Sequence record: NC_019714.1
Source: Escherichia phage HK446
Direction: 5' to 3' (one strand)
DNA length: 39,026 nt
Shown one piece after another: positions 38,845 through 39,026 of the stretch (position 1 is its first letter; each line of letters opens with the position of its first letter). The notes beneath the pieces were generated by a model. That model did no database searches and was not told the DNA's origin. It saw nothing but the letters and a program-made list of their open reading frames with translations. A program made the translations under genes and the position numbers.

Positions 38845-39026
38845 CGCGGCGGCGGCAAGTCGATTATCTATCATGTGAAATCATTTCAAATGCAACGATA
38901 TCAAATGAGAATGAATCGCATTCAGGGCAGGGGGGGTCAAATCTTCAAAACCTTTGCCCTAAATGACCGCCGCCAAAGTTTGAATTTAACGCTAACCCGA
39001 TTTTTTTAGTTTTAAGGTGTTGACAT

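Overview
The window reads as a near-complete, mosaic lambdoid siphovirus genome of about 39 kb, laid out terminase to cos. Identifications are by eye and from memory of well-known phage proteins; no searches were run. Module order: (1) HK97-type head genes (terminase small/large, portal, prohead protease, major capsid protein that appears near-identical to HK97 gp5 with the chainmail residues K169/N356/E363 present); (2) lambda-type tail genes (major tail protein with Ig-like C-terminus, G and G-T chaperones, tape measure, M, L, K, I, J, tail fiber), interrupted by two paralogous YebO-like small membrane protein genes and followed by a lipoprotein gene; (3) an intact attP whose core matches the 3' end of tRNA-Thr (thrW) next to a P22-like tyrosine integrase and excisionase; (4) a leftward early operon with Erf and SSB, kil-like, cIII-like and small coupled ORFs; (5) lambda N with nutL, 434-type cI and cro with their operators, cII, an O-like initiator with internal iterons and a DnaB-like helicase; (6) a lambda-like nin region, Q, PR'/6S/tR', two tRNA-like genes, then S, R, Rz/Rz1; (7) a KilA-N protein, an HNH endonuclease and a putative cos region at the window end. 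The int gene and tail fiber flank an unsplit att site, so this is a phage-form (attP) arrangement rather than an integrated prophage. The best candidates for undescribed function are a secreted protein translationally coupled to cI in the slot where lambda carries rexAB, and a convergently oriented zinc-ribbon ORF between N and tL1 with its own repeats. Coordinates for features not in the ORF track (hairpins, operators, tRNAs, small ORFs) are hand-counted and may be off by 1-2 nt.
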